DNA of 64,000 bases, from NCBI GenBank assembly GCA_049903315.1, contig JBNGBT010000002.1, positions 1 through 64,000 of the forward strand, read 5' to 3'. Of the stretch, positions 51,789-61,504 are shown piece after piece. The notes below the pieces were generated by a model. That model was not told the DNA's origin and searched no databases. It saw nothing but the letters and a program-made list of their open reading frames with translations. Position numbers and translations under genes: made by a program. Numbering within the stretch: the stretch's first letter is position 1; each line of letters starts with the position of its first letter. The DNA is from Candidatus Cloacimonadota bacterium. Its GTDB lineage: Bacteria > Cloacimonadota > Cloacimonadia > JGIOTU-2.

Positions 51789-53723
51789 ATGAAGCATTTG
51801 ATAATGGGTACAGCAGGTCATGTTGACCACGGCAAAACTGCGCTCATCAAGGCACTGACAAATTTTGATTGCGACACGCACAAGGATGAGAAAAAACGAG
51901 GGATCACTATTCATCTTGGTTTCACACATCTCGATCTACCGAATGGGAACAGCATCGGTATAATTGATGTGCCCGGGCATAAAGATTTCATCAACACGAT
52001 GATATCTGGAGCCAGCACAATTGATTTTGTGCTTTTTACTGTCGCTGCAGACAGCAGTATCATGCCGCAAACGAGCGAGCATCTGCATATTATGGAGCTT
52101 CTGGGTATCAAAAACGGCATTATTGCACTAACAAAATGCGATACAGTTGATGAAGAAATATTGGAACTCGTTGAGCTTGAAATTGACGAGTTCGTTGCAG
52201 GTACATTTCTTGAGCACGCTCCGATCATTAGAACATCTACAAAAGATAATATGGGAATGAGTGAATTAATGAGTGAGATCAGTAAAATCACAGAGAAAAT
52301 TGAGCAGCGATCATCCGGATTATTTTTCAGAATGTACATCGACAGGATTTTCAGCGTTCAAGGTTTTGGTACGGTTATAAACGGGTCGGTTTTGCAAGGA
52401 AGCGCAACAAAGAATACAGTTTTGTATTTACTCCCCGGGAGTAAAGAATTGAGGATTCGCAAGATGGAACATCACGGGAAAGAGGTGAATGAAGTGGTAT
52501 CCGGTCAGCGAGCTTCTTTGAATGTGGTGGGACTGGATATACAGAATTTCCAGCGTGGAATGATGGTATCAGAAAGAATCATAAAACCTACAAAAATGAT
52601 CGATGCGGAACTCACTTTATTTGATCATGACAGAACTTTCGGAATATGGAATCATGCCCTTTTTCTCATGGGTACTTTTGAAGATCAAGTAAGGATACAT
52701 TTACTCGATAAAGATACTTTACAAGGTGGTGAAAAAGGATTGGTGCAGATACATCTTGAAAAAGAATGCTTTCCAATTTTTGGAGATTCATTCATTATCA
52801 GGAGCACGTCCGGAGATATTACACTTGGGGGAGGTAAGGTGCTGGATGCATATCCCCTTCATCATAAAAAGCGAACTCCGCAAATCATGGAACATATACA
52901 GACAATTGCGGATGGGGGTTTGCCGGCATTCATCGCAGCTGAGGTGAGAAAGCGACCTCATGCAGTTCCTCTACCATTTCTTGCAGAAATTTCTAACATT
53001 CCTGAACAAGAATTGAAAGAAATAGTATTAGCTTCCATTCCCGATGATATCGAGATAAGAGAAGTCAATCAAAAAATATTATTAGTAGCTCTCTCAAGAA
53101 TTGGACTGATTAAAGGAAAAATTACCAAAATACTCACGAAGCATCACACGGAGAATCCGCTTATACAAAGGGGAAAAACCTTCGAAGAATTATCCAGTCT
53201 ACTGAATCTGGGCACAGAATATGACGTTTCATTCTTGAGTATGCTGTTGGAAGAAATGAGTAATAATAAAGTTCTGCGTAAGATTGAAGGAACGTATGCT
53301 CTTAAAGAAAAGGATAATTCGCCTTCCGATCAAGAAATAAAAAAGATAAAGAAAATCGGACAATTCATATTGAGTTTTGGTATGAAAGTTCCTTTAATGA
53401 ACGAGATAAAGGAATTTGGCCAGACACAGGGAATGTCTCAGAAAGAACTGCATGATATTATCAATTTTCTTATTGAAAATAAAGAAATCGTTACGATCGA
53501 AGGTTCGTTTATTCACGCAGCGATCATTGAAAAAGCGAAGAATGTGTTAATCGCACATTTCGAAAAGAATGAGACGCTCATGCTTGCTGATTTTCGTGAT
53601 AACTTGCAGGCAAATAGGAAGATATGCCTGTTGTTACTCTCTTATTTCGATGATAAGGGATGGACTGTTCGCAAAGGTGATTATCGGATATTGTCCGAAA
53701 AAGGTAAGGAGTTATTACACTGA
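51789..53723 (+). CDS. selB: Selenocysteine-specific elongation factor
   Basis: GTAGHVDHGKT, EKKRGITI, DVPGH, IDRIFSVQGFGTV; C-terminal winged-helix FRD...RK....L.YFD..G.T.R.GDYR. Confidence 0.97.
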   Translation: MKHLIMGTAGHVDHGKTALIKALTNFDCDTHKDEKKRGITIHLGFTHLDLPNGNSIGIIDVPGHKDFINTMISGASTIDFVLFTVAADSSIMPQTSEHLHIMELLGIKNGIIALTKCDTVDEEILELVELEIDEFVAGTFLEHAPIIRTSTKDNMGMSELMSEISKITEKIEQRSSGLFFRMYIDRIFSVQGFGTVINGSVLQGSATKNTVLYLLPGSKELRIRKMEHHGKEVNEVVSGQRASLNVVGLDIQNFQRGMMVSERIIKPTKMIDAELTLFDHDRTFGIWNHALFLMGTFEDQVRIHLLDKDTLQGGEKGLVQIHLEKECFPIFGDSFIIRSTSGDITLGGGKVLDAYPLHHKKRTPQIMEHIQTIADGGLPAFIAAEVRKRPHAVPLPFLAEISNIPEQELKEIVLASIPDDIEIREVNQKILLVALSRIGLIKGKITKILTKHHTENPLIQRGKTFEELSSLLNLGTEYDVSFLSMLLEEMSNNKVLRKIEGTYALKEKDNSPSDQEIKKIKKIGQFILSFGMKVPLMNEIKEFGQTQGMSQKELHDIINFLIENKEIVTIEGSFIHAAIIEKAKNVLIAHFEKNETLMLADFRDNLQANRKICLLLLSYFDDKGWTVRKGDYRILSEKGKELLH

Positions 53724-53759
53724 CGGAAATTGTTATGCTGACGATCAAAAGGATGTAGT

Positions 53760-54221
53760 ATGCAAAGAGATATAGAAGTGCGGTTTGCAAATCAGAAAGA
53801 TGTTAATTCACTTCATGAACTGCTTATCCAATTATCTGAGAGTGTTCTCATTAAACATGGACTTGATAATAGTGTGATAAAGAAGAATCTTAAGGATGCA
53901 CTCGAAAATGATGAGAATTCGATCATGGTAGCAGTTAAAAATAAGCGGATAGTGGGCATACTCTATGCTACCACTCATCAATCATTACTACATACACATC
54001 GTTCTGCCCTAATCGAGGAACTCATCATACATCAAGATTTTCGAGGAACAGGAATTGGAGGTGCGCTCTTGCGTAAGTATTTTGAATATGCCGAGGATAA
54101 AGGGTATTGCGAGATTGAAGTAAGTACTGAAATCACAAACAAAAAAGCGATTCATTATTATAAAAAGTGCGGTTTCGAAGAAGTTGGTATTCATATGGAG
54201 AAGGAAATCGGTGAGCAATGA
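53760..54221 (+). CDS. GNAT N-acetyltransferase
   Basis: IEELIIHQDFRGTGIGGALL, NKKAIHYYKKCGF. Confidence 0.88.
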   Translation: MQRDIEVRFANQKDVNSLHELLIQLSESVLIKHGLDNSVIKKNLKDALENDENSIMVAVKNKRIVGILYATTHQSLLHTHRSALIEELIIHQDFRGTGIGGALLRKYFEYAEDKGYCEIEVSTEITNKKAIHYYKKCGFEEVGIHMEKEIGEQ

Positions 54222-54892
54222 GTGCGAACCACATATTTTCCATACTGAAAGATAAGATTGATACAAAACATTGTACTTCTCCTCAGAAGATTGCAATTGA
54301 TGGGATCGATGCTTCAGGTAAAACAATATTTGCTGATCGCTTTGCAGACTACCTTAAGAAACAATCAATCCGGCAAGTAATTCGTGCATCGATCGACGGA
54401 TTTCATAATCCAAGGGAAGTTCGTTTACAGAAGGGAGAATACTCCCCAGAAGGATATTATTATGATTCATTTAATTACAAAGCTCTCAAACAATTCCTAC
54501 TCGAACCTATGATGCCAGACGGTAATAGAAGAATTCACACCCATATTTTCGACTTTAAATCCAATAGTAAAATTGTGAAAGATCGGTTTCTTGCTGAAGA
54601 TGATGCAATACTTATTTTTGATGGCATCTTTCTTATGCGTAGCGAACTCGTTAACTATTGGGATTTCAAGATATTTTTAAAAATTTCATTTAAAACAGCG
54701 CTTAGGAGAGCATTGATAAGAGATAAAGAATACTTCGATGACGAGAATAGTTTAAGGGAGAAATATGAAAAAAGATATTTCCCGGGGCAAGAGTTATATG
54801 TAACGGGTTCACATCCTGAACAAATAACCGATGTTGTGATAGATAATGAAGATTTTGATAGTCCAACAATTATAAAACCTTTGAATATTTAA
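54218..54892 (+). CDS. Uridine-kinase-like P-loop protein
   Basis: IAIDGIDASGKT, RASIDGFH, LIFDGIFL; ATGA overlap with the upstream gene. Confidence 0.82.
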   Translation: MSANHIFSILKDKIDTKHCTSPQKIAIDGIDASGKTIFADRFADYLKKQSIRQVIRASIDGFHNPREVRLQKGEYSPEGYYYDSFNYKALKQFLLEPMMPDGNRRIHTHIFDFKSNSKIVKDRFLAEDDAILIFDGIFLMRSELVNYWDFKIFLKISFKTALRRALIRDKEYFDDENSLREKYEKRYFPGQELYVTGSHPEQITDVVIDNEDFDSPTIIKPLNI

Positions 54893-54905
54893 TTCAAGAA
54901 TTAAC

Positions 54906-55991
54906 ATGAAAGCAGAACAGCAGATTCGTAAGATCATCCATATTGATATGGATGCTTTCTTTGCAGCGGTAGAAGTGCGTGATAATCCGCAATACAGAGG
55001 TAAACCACTTATCGTTGGCGGCGATCCGAACAGCAGGGGAGTTGTCGCCACATGCTCTTACGAAGCGCGGAAATATGGCATACATTCCGCAATGGCAAGT
55101 GCTGTTGCCTACAGACTCTGTCCCCATGCAATATTTGTGCACGGCAGGTATGAAGTGTATAGCCAGATATCAAAACAGATTAGAAGCATTTTTGATGAAT
55201 ATTCTCATCTTGTCGAACCTGTCTCCATTGATGAAGCATATCTCGATGTGACATATAATAAAAAGGGAATGAAATCAGCCACACTCATTGCAAAAGATAT
55301 TAAACAAAGAATATTCAAGAAAACCGGACTAACTGCCTCAGCGGGAGTGTCGTACAACATGTTCCTCGCAAAAATAGCATCGGATATGGATAAACCGGAT
55401 GGGCTTGTTGTTATTCCTCCTGATAAGGCAAAGCAAGTTCTGGAGGAGCTTCCTATAGGTAAATTCTATGGGATCGGCAAAGTGACAGAAAAGAAAATGC
55501 AGATGCTTGGCATCCTCACCGGTAAGGACTTAAAGGAGCAAACGCTCGAAGAACTCATTCGTCATTTTGGGAAAGCTGGAAGATATTATTACTACATAGT
55601 AAGGGGGATTGATAAAAGGGAGGTCACAACTGAGCGTGATATAAAGTCGATTGGCAACGAGAATACCTTTGCAACAGATATTGATGACATGCAAGAAATG
55701 AAGGAATATCTCTCAAAATGTGCGGCAAAAATAGAAGAAAGATTAAAAAAACATAATGTCGCCGGACGTACGATCACACTTAAGATTAAGTATCCCGATT
55801 TTTATCAGGCGACAAGAAGCAAAACTTTACAAAATTCAACACAAGAAAAAGAAGTTATCATTACTACAGTTTACTCGCTTTTAGAGGAAACTCTTGTCAA
55901 AAAGTGTAGTGTAAGGTTGCTTGGTATCAGCATTTCTAATCTTGAAAACGACAAGATAAATCTCCCTCATCAGCTCACATTAAAATTATAA
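54906..55991 (+). CDS. dinB: DNA polymerase IV
   Basis: IIHIDMDAFFAAVE, SYEARKYG, SIDEAYLD, KIASDMDKPDG. Confidence 0.96.
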   Translation: MKAEQQIRKIIHIDMDAFFAAVEVRDNPQYRGKPLIVGGDPNSRGVVATCSYEARKYGIHSAMASAVAYRLCPHAIFVHGRYEVYSQISKQIRSIFDEYSHLVEPVSIDEAYLDVTYNKKGMKSATLIAKDIKQRIFKKTGLTASAGVSYNMFLAKIASDMDKPDGLVVIPPDKAKQVLEELPIGKFYGIGKVTEKKMQMLGILTGKDLKEQTLEELIRHFGKAGRYYYYIVRGIDKREVTTERDIKSIGNENTFATDIDDMQEMKEYLSKCAAKIEERLKKHNVAGRTITLKIKYPDFYQATRSKTLQNSTQEKEVIITTVYSLLEETLVKKCSVRLLGISISNLENDKINLPHQLTLKL

Positions 55992-56064
55992 ATAAAAAAT
56001 AAATTACAGACCTTGACATTAAAAGAGTTTAAAAAATTCTTTTTTTTATTTATACGGAGGTTCC

Positions 56065-57570
56065 ATGGAAATAAAGAAAATATCGACATTGCATTTACCA
56101 GTTGATCTTGCATATCTTTCTGCTGCACAGGCGTTTATAAATGAACTTGCGCGGCTTGCAAAATTTTCACAAAAGGATATTACATTTTTTAATATTGCTG
56201 TTGAGGAAGCAATCACAAATGTGGTGAAACATGCATTCCTTCCGGACGAAGATGCGACATTCGATGTGATCTGCGAACTCACTCCAGTTGAGTTCAAGGT
56301 TATTATAAAAGATAGAGGATTACCTTTTGATCCAAGCCAGGTTGCTGATTTCTCTGCAGAAAGATCCCTGGACGGAGATGAGCAGGTCGGACTCGGATTT
56401 CGTCTCATGAAGGGCAGCGTGGACCAGTTGTCATTTCATAATATGGGTTATGGTGGCAAGGAAGTTCATCTTGTTAAGTTCGTTGATCAGAAGCATGTTG
56501 AAAAATATTTCCATAAATCAGAGATGCAAGCCTTCGAACAGCCAACATATAAATCGAAGCAGGAGAGAGTTGCCATACCTTTGCATGTGGAAGTTCTCCA
56601 GCAGAAACAAGCGATAGAAATATCCCAGTGTGCGTATCGAACCTACGGATACACCTACATTATGGAGAATATCTATTATCCAGAACGTCTCATAGAAATG
56701 ACCAGATCAGGTGAGCTCATTTCAGCCGTTGCAGTGTGTGAAGAAAATGGTGAAGTGATGGGGCACTGTGCTCTCGAACGCTTCGGTAAAAAATGGGATG
56801 TGCCTGAAATGGGAATGGCGTTCACTAAACCAAAGTTCCGTGGACAAGGCTGTATGACACGCCTTACTGCATTTTTATCCGAAGAAGCAATTAAAAAGGG
56901 AATAAAAGGTATGTATGCAAAAGGTGTGACCACTCATCCATATTCGCAAAAAGCATTGCTGAGTGGTGGTTTTAAAGATTGTGCGATCCTTATCGGTTTG
57001 TCACCCCCGAAAACATTTGAAGGAATGAAGGAGCAGGGGGCACAGCGAGAAACCCTTGTTTTGACTTATATGAAGCTGATCGACCAGAAACTGAACGTGT
57101 TCTCGACAGAGAAACACAAATGCATGATCGAAAAAATATATAAGAACGTACAAATAGATGCAACTGTAAAAATACATGATAAAAAAGAGTTGAAATCTAA
57201 AAAGATGGTGCAATCCGATGTGGAAGTGGAAATGAAAGATTCATTGCAGTTTGCAAATATCTACATCAATGACTGCGACGAAAATATTAAACTGGAAATC
57301 AGGCAGCGTGTGAGAGAACTCTGCCAAAAGAAGATCGAAACGATAGATCTCTATATCGATATGTGTGACGGGAATTCAATTAACTATATTGAGGATTTAG
57401 AATCGCTGGGATTCTTCTTTGCAGGTGTATTTCCAAATGATAAAAAGCAGTACATTGTTCTGCAGTATTTGAATAATGTACCAATTGATTATAAGAAAAT
57501 TGTTTTTGTCTCTGATTTTGCACAAGAACTTGGTGCGTATGTAAAAGAGTGCGATCCGAACCAAAAATAG
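56065..57570 (+). CDS. RsbW-like HATPase fused to a GNAT-like domain, copy 1
   Basis: AVEEAITNVVKHA, IKDRGLPFDP, GLGFRLMK; later PEMGMAFTKPKFRGQG. Confidence 0.82.
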   Translation: MEIKKISTLHLPVDLAYLSAAQAFINELARLAKFSQKDITFFNIAVEEAITNVVKHAFLPDEDATFDVICELTPVEFKVIIKDRGLPFDPSQVADFSAERSLDGDEQVGLGFRLMKGSVDQLSFHNMGYGGKEVHLVKFVDQKHVEKYFHKSEMQAFEQPTYKSKQERVAIPLHVEVLQQKQAIEISQCAYRTYGYTYIMENIYYPERLIEMTRSGELISAVAVCEENGEVMGHCALERFGKKWDVPEMGMAFTKPKFRGQGCMTRLTAFLSEEAIKKGIKGMYAKGVTTHPYSQKALLSGGFKDCAILIGLSPPKTFEGMKEQGAQRETLVLTYMKLIDQKLNVFSTEKHKCMIEKIYKNVQIDATVKIHDKKELKSKKMVQSDVEVEMKDSLQFANIYINDCDENIKLEIRQRVRELCQKKIETIDLYIDMCDGNSINYIEDLESLGFFFAGVFPNDKKQYIVLQYLNNVPIDYKKIVFVSDFAQELGAYVKECDPNQK

Positions 57571-57648
57571 TAAAAAATTTTTCGAGTGCACATCTACATC
57601 CTTGACATTTAATTTTGACATTGTTGCTTTTTTTCATTTGGAGGTTCA

Positions 57649-59154
57649 ATGGAAGTAAGAAAATTATCGATCTTACATGTGCCTGCTGACCTGGTATATC
57701 TTGCAGCAATACAGGCATTTATAAACGAGCTTGCGCGTCTAGCCGAGTTTTCTCAAAAGGATATTACTTTCTTCAGCGTAGCAGTCGAGGAAGCAGTCAC
57801 AAATGTTGTCAAACACGCATTTCTGCCAGACCAGGAAGAGCATTTTGATGTTATATGTGAGTTGACTCCTATAGAGTTTAAGGTTATTATTCGGGATAAA
57901 GGATTACCCTTTGATCCAAATCGAGTAGAGGATTTTTCAGCCGAGCAATCTCTTGATGGCAATGATCAGGCAGGGCTTGGATTCAGGTTAATGAAAGGAA
58001 GTGTTGATAAACTTTCATTCCATAATTTGGGTTTTGGAGGTAAAGAAGTCCAACTTATAAAATTTATTGATCAGAAGCATATCGATGAATATCTTAAAGC
58101 ATCTCAAATGGAAGCTTTCGATCAACCTGAATTTGTCGAGAAAAAAGAACTGGTAAAGATACCATTCCACCCTATGCTCCTGCAACCCAACCAGGCAGTC
58201 GAGATATCACAATGTGCATATAGGGCATATGGCTACACATATTTAATGGAGAATATCTATTATCCTGAACGTCTTATTGAAATGAACAAAACCGGTGAAC
58301 TCATATCTGCTGTTGCAGCATCCGATGAAAATAATGAGGTGTTGGGGCATGTCGCACTCGAGTTTTTTGGTAGAAAGAAAAAGATTCCTGAGTTGGGTAT
58401 GGCATTCACAAAACCAAAATTTCGCAGACAGGGCTGCATGACACACCTGAGTGAATTTCTTGACCAGCAAGCTCTTGAGAAAGGTGTAAAAGGTATCTAT
58501 GCTGATGCAGTGACAGTTCATCCCTACTCTCAAAAAGCACTTCTCAGTTGTGGTTACAAGTCTGCTGGTATACGTATAGGATTAGATCCGCCGAGAAACT
58601 TTAAAAGTATGGAGAATCAATGTACACAGCGCGAGACATTGGTGCTTATGTATAAAATGTTAATTACTCAGGACGTCGAAGTATTAGTGCCAGTGCATCA
58701 TAAGGGCATTATTGAGAAAATATACAAAAATATCGGGATCAAGGCAGAAGTGCATACGCTCAGAAATGTTGATGAAGACACGAACAAAATGGCTCAATCC
58801 GATGTGGAAGTGGATGTTGTAGAGTCAGCGAGGATTGCCAGCTTCATTGTTAATTCTGTTGGGGAAAATTTTCAGGAAGAGATAAAGTACCGGCTTCGTG
58901 ACCTATGCCTGAAAAAGATCGAGGTAATCGACCTGCGTTTGGATATGTGCAATAATAATCTCGTGAAATGCGTTCCTCAGCTGGAAATGCTCGGATTCTT
59001 CTTCTCAGGTGTTTTACCAGATGATGATAAACAATATCTCTTGCTGCAATATCTCAATAATGTGCCAATTGATTATTCAAAAATAGTGTTAGTTTCAGAT
59101 TTTGCTCAGGAACTTGGAAAGTATGTAAAAGAGTGCGACCCGAACCAGAAGTAG
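57649..59154 (+). CDS. RsbW-like HATPase fused to a GNAT-like domain, copy 2
   Basis: Same 501-aa length and motifs as copy 1; both end YVKECDPNQK. Confidence 0.82.
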   Translation: MEVRKLSILHVPADLVYLAAIQAFINELARLAEFSQKDITFFSVAVEEAVTNVVKHAFLPDQEEHFDVICELTPIEFKVIIRDKGLPFDPNRVEDFSAEQSLDGNDQAGLGFRLMKGSVDKLSFHNLGFGGKEVQLIKFIDQKHIDEYLKASQMEAFDQPEFVEKKELVKIPFHPMLLQPNQAVEISQCAYRAYGYTYLMENIYYPERLIEMNKTGELISAVAASDENNEVLGHVALEFFGRKKKIPELGMAFTKPKFRRQGCMTHLSEFLDQQALEKGVKGIYADAVTVHPYSQKALLSCGYKSAGIRIGLDPPRNFKSMENQCTQRETLVLMYKMLITQDVEVLVPVHHKGIIEKIYKNIGIKAEVHTLRNVDEDTNKMAQSDVEVDVVESARIASFIVNSVGENFQEEIKYRLRDLCLKKIEVIDLRLDMCNNNLVKCVPQLEMLGFFFSGVLPDDDKQYLLLQYLNNVPIDYSKIVLVSDFAQELGKYVKECDPNQK

Positions 59155-59242
59155 ATTTTAACAGAATTTTCTTTTGTAGTTTACAATAAACCAAGAGTAA
59201 GACTAAACCAGAAATACGAGGAGTATTATATAATCCTCAATG

Positions 59243-59926
59243 TTACATTCTTCCTTGATTCTTCAACCATTTGAGTGCTTCTCTATTACTTAAAGGAGAA
59301 AGCTCATTATTTTCTACAAAGTCCATAACTGTTTGGGCATCTGTTTTGGAATATTCGCGCAAGATCCACCCAATCGCTTTGTTTATGAAAAATTCATCAC
59401 TTCCATTTAATGCAATAATGATACTTTTCATTAGCATTGCATCTGTTTTTTCTTTATAGCCCAATTGAAATAAAAGACATGTTCGCTGCAGCCACATATT
59501 CCCGCTTTTCATCCACCTATTAATATATTTATCACGAATATCAGGAAATCTAATAAAATGCTCTCCTACCATCCAGCTGGCTAATCCATCCACACTGTCC
59601 CACCACGATTTTGTGATAATAAGCTGTTCGAAAAGATCAATGAAATCTTCACCCCATTTTTTTGTGAATTTTCTGAGCAAACCAATTGCAACGTATTGAA
59701 ATTCCCGTTCAGGAAGGTCCCACAGATCCAATGTGATCTGCTTCAATCTCGACATCTCCGGCAAACCGTATTCTTTAAAGAAATCTATAAGCAATTCTTT
59801 TCGCGTTGGTGTTTTTATTCCCAAATAGGGGAAAAGGTTCTTCATATATTTTGCCATTGGTTCGGCGTTGGCAGGGTTAGCATTTTCTTTAAATGATTTT
59901 ACTAATGGCTTTAAGTAGGGATTCAT
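59243..59926 (-). CDS. DNA alkylation repair protein (AlkD-like)
   Basis: MAKYMK...GIKTP, PEREFQY, KSWWDSVD, EFFINKAIGWILREYSK. Confidence 0.88.
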   Translation of the reverse strand: MNPYLKPLVKSFKENANPANAEPMAKYMKNLFPYLGIKTPTRKELLIDFFKEYGLPEMSRLKQITLDLWDLPEREFQYVAIGLLRKFTKKWGEDFIDLFEQLIITKSWWDSVDGLASWMVGEHFIRFPDIRDKYINRWMKSGNMWLQRTCLLFQLGYKEKTDAMLMKSIIIALNGSDEFFINKAIGWILREYSKTDAQTVMDFVENNELSPLSNREALKWLKNQGRM

Positions 59927-59999
59927 AAATTACTTCTTTCTATAAATGCAACACCGGGTATTGATGTTTCATCATGCTCATCTCATTTTGAGAAAGAAA

Positions 60000-60656
60000 C
60001 TAAATCTTCAGATACTCCTCGAGCATTGCTTTTAATTCTATATTTTGATCGTAAATAATTTGTTGCCTTTGCAAATTGCTGCTTAAAAATGAATAATAAG
60101 AAAGTATTATGTTATTGAGATAATACAGCTTCACATCAGGATTTTCGATAGTGTTATTTTTTGTGAAATCCATATTTTCAATCGCAAATTTTGCCACATA
60201 ATCATAAATAAAATCTGTAGATATCTGCCGCTGTTCCGCATAACCTTCAAAAGATTCATAGTAATTAACTATTTTCTGCCGTAATTCGAAATTTCTGATC
60301 AAATTTAATGTGCCGTTATATTTCATAGACTCATACGTGCTGGAATTAATACTGTAAGCATTAATGCTGAGTATGGCACTCATGAGAACTGCTGCGGAAT
60401 CTATGGTCGCGGAACCGGATTTAATGTGCATGATGTAATTTCTGATCTTTTCGAGCTTCCATTCCTTATCCTCGATCCCGGCTTCGAGATTTGCGGAATC
60501 CTGGGTTACTTCGCTGGAAAGAGTATTCAGGTACTTCATTTCCAGTTGAATATCTTTCACATTCTCGCGCCAGTTGTTGAGGAGGAATGCGCCGGTAATG
60601 CCGATAAATACGACAATTAACTCAACGATATATCCTGTCCAGTTGGTTTTTTTCAT
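60000..60656 (-). CDS. Hypothetical protein with N-terminal transmembrane helix (DUF6090-like)
   Basis: ELIVVFIGITGAFLLNNW, YLNTLSSEV..D, TYESMK..G.LNLIRN.ELR..I..YY. Confidence 0.7.
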   Translation of the reverse strand: MKKTNWTGYIVELIVVFIGITGAFLLNNWRENVKDIQLEMKYLNTLSSEVTQDSANLEAGIEDKEWKLEKIRNYIMHIKSGSATIDSAAVLMSAILSINAYSINSSTYESMKYNGTLNLIRNFELRQKIVNYYESFEGYAEQRQISTDFIYDYVAKFAIENMDFTKNNTIENPDVKLYYLNNIILSYYSFLSSNLQRQQIIYDQNIELKAMLEEYLKI

Positions 60657-60962
60657 AGCTCACCTAAATGTTATAATGATTTTAATGTGAGGAGAAATGG
60701 GGGAGGATTTTTGTCAAATTATTCGGGATTGGGAATTCATTGCAAAAAATGAACAACCATCCACCTACGCTAAACTTCGGCGCGGCAAGCAGAGAACACA
60801 GAGAGAAAAGAGAACACAGAGGATAATGAAAAAATTTTTATTGAAAATTTTGGTTTGCAACATTATTATAATGAGCCGCCATTAACCACTACGCGACGGA
60901 TTGGATTGATTCTCTCGTTCCCAAACACTAGTTTGTGTATGCGGATTTTTGATTTTTTATAT

Positions 60963-61334
60963 TTAGAGTTTATTTTCACGAATATACAGGAATATTAATA
61001 AAATAGCGAGAGCAGGTCCAACAATAATAGTAGGAAGTGCTTCAATTCTCAGTCCTCCGGTCAGGACACCCCACGCCATCGTAGCTGTATAAAGAACCAT
61101 CCAGGCGATCAACATAGACACAACGAATTTGACTTTATCCCAGTCACTTTCTCTATACGCTAACCATGCTCCGAGTGCAAACGCGAGCATCGCCCCTCCC
61201 ATGACCCGTTCGACAGCTTGACCCTCTGCAGCCGATGTTTGTGGGTTGATGATGTGGAATAATCCTGAAAGCACTGAAACAATGGCATAGATCAGGAGGG
61301 TAATCCTGAGCCCTTTAGAAATGTGCTCTTTCAT
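60963..61334 (-). CDS. Small four-helix membrane protein
   Basis: 123-aa ORF with four hydrophobic segments. Confidence 0.7.
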   Translation of the reverse strand: MKEHISKGLRITLLIYAIVSVLSGLFHIINPQTSAAEGQAVERVMGGAMLAFALGAWLAYRESDWDKVKFVVSMLIAWMVLYTATMAWGVLTGGLRIEALPTIIVGPALAILLIFLYIRENKL

Positions 61335-61445
61335 AATTAAGAATTCATCATATAATCTAACGCTACTATTTGCTTTAATTGATTCTATTATTTTTATTAA
61401 TTCATCTTTTATATTCTCACCACTTTTATTAATTCTTACTTTATC

Positions 61446-61504
61446 ATCTAACGCTTAGGTCACCGGCGCCGCTTGTCGGCGTCCGGTGCACCGTTTGGTT
61501 GGCC
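61446..61504 (-). mobile_element. Integron attC site (59-base element)
   Basis: Minus strand: GGCCAAC-CAAAC-GGTGCACC-GGACGCCG-ACAAG-CGGCGCC-GGTGACC-TAAGC-GTTAGAT. Has R''/R' cores, 5-nt spacers and two extrahelical bases; 59 bp. Confidence 0.85.

Noticed and set aside
53721..53723. selB TGA stop as a possible Sec readthrough
   Set aside because: SelB is already complete at this point, and there is no Cys-motif context or convincing downstream hairpin.
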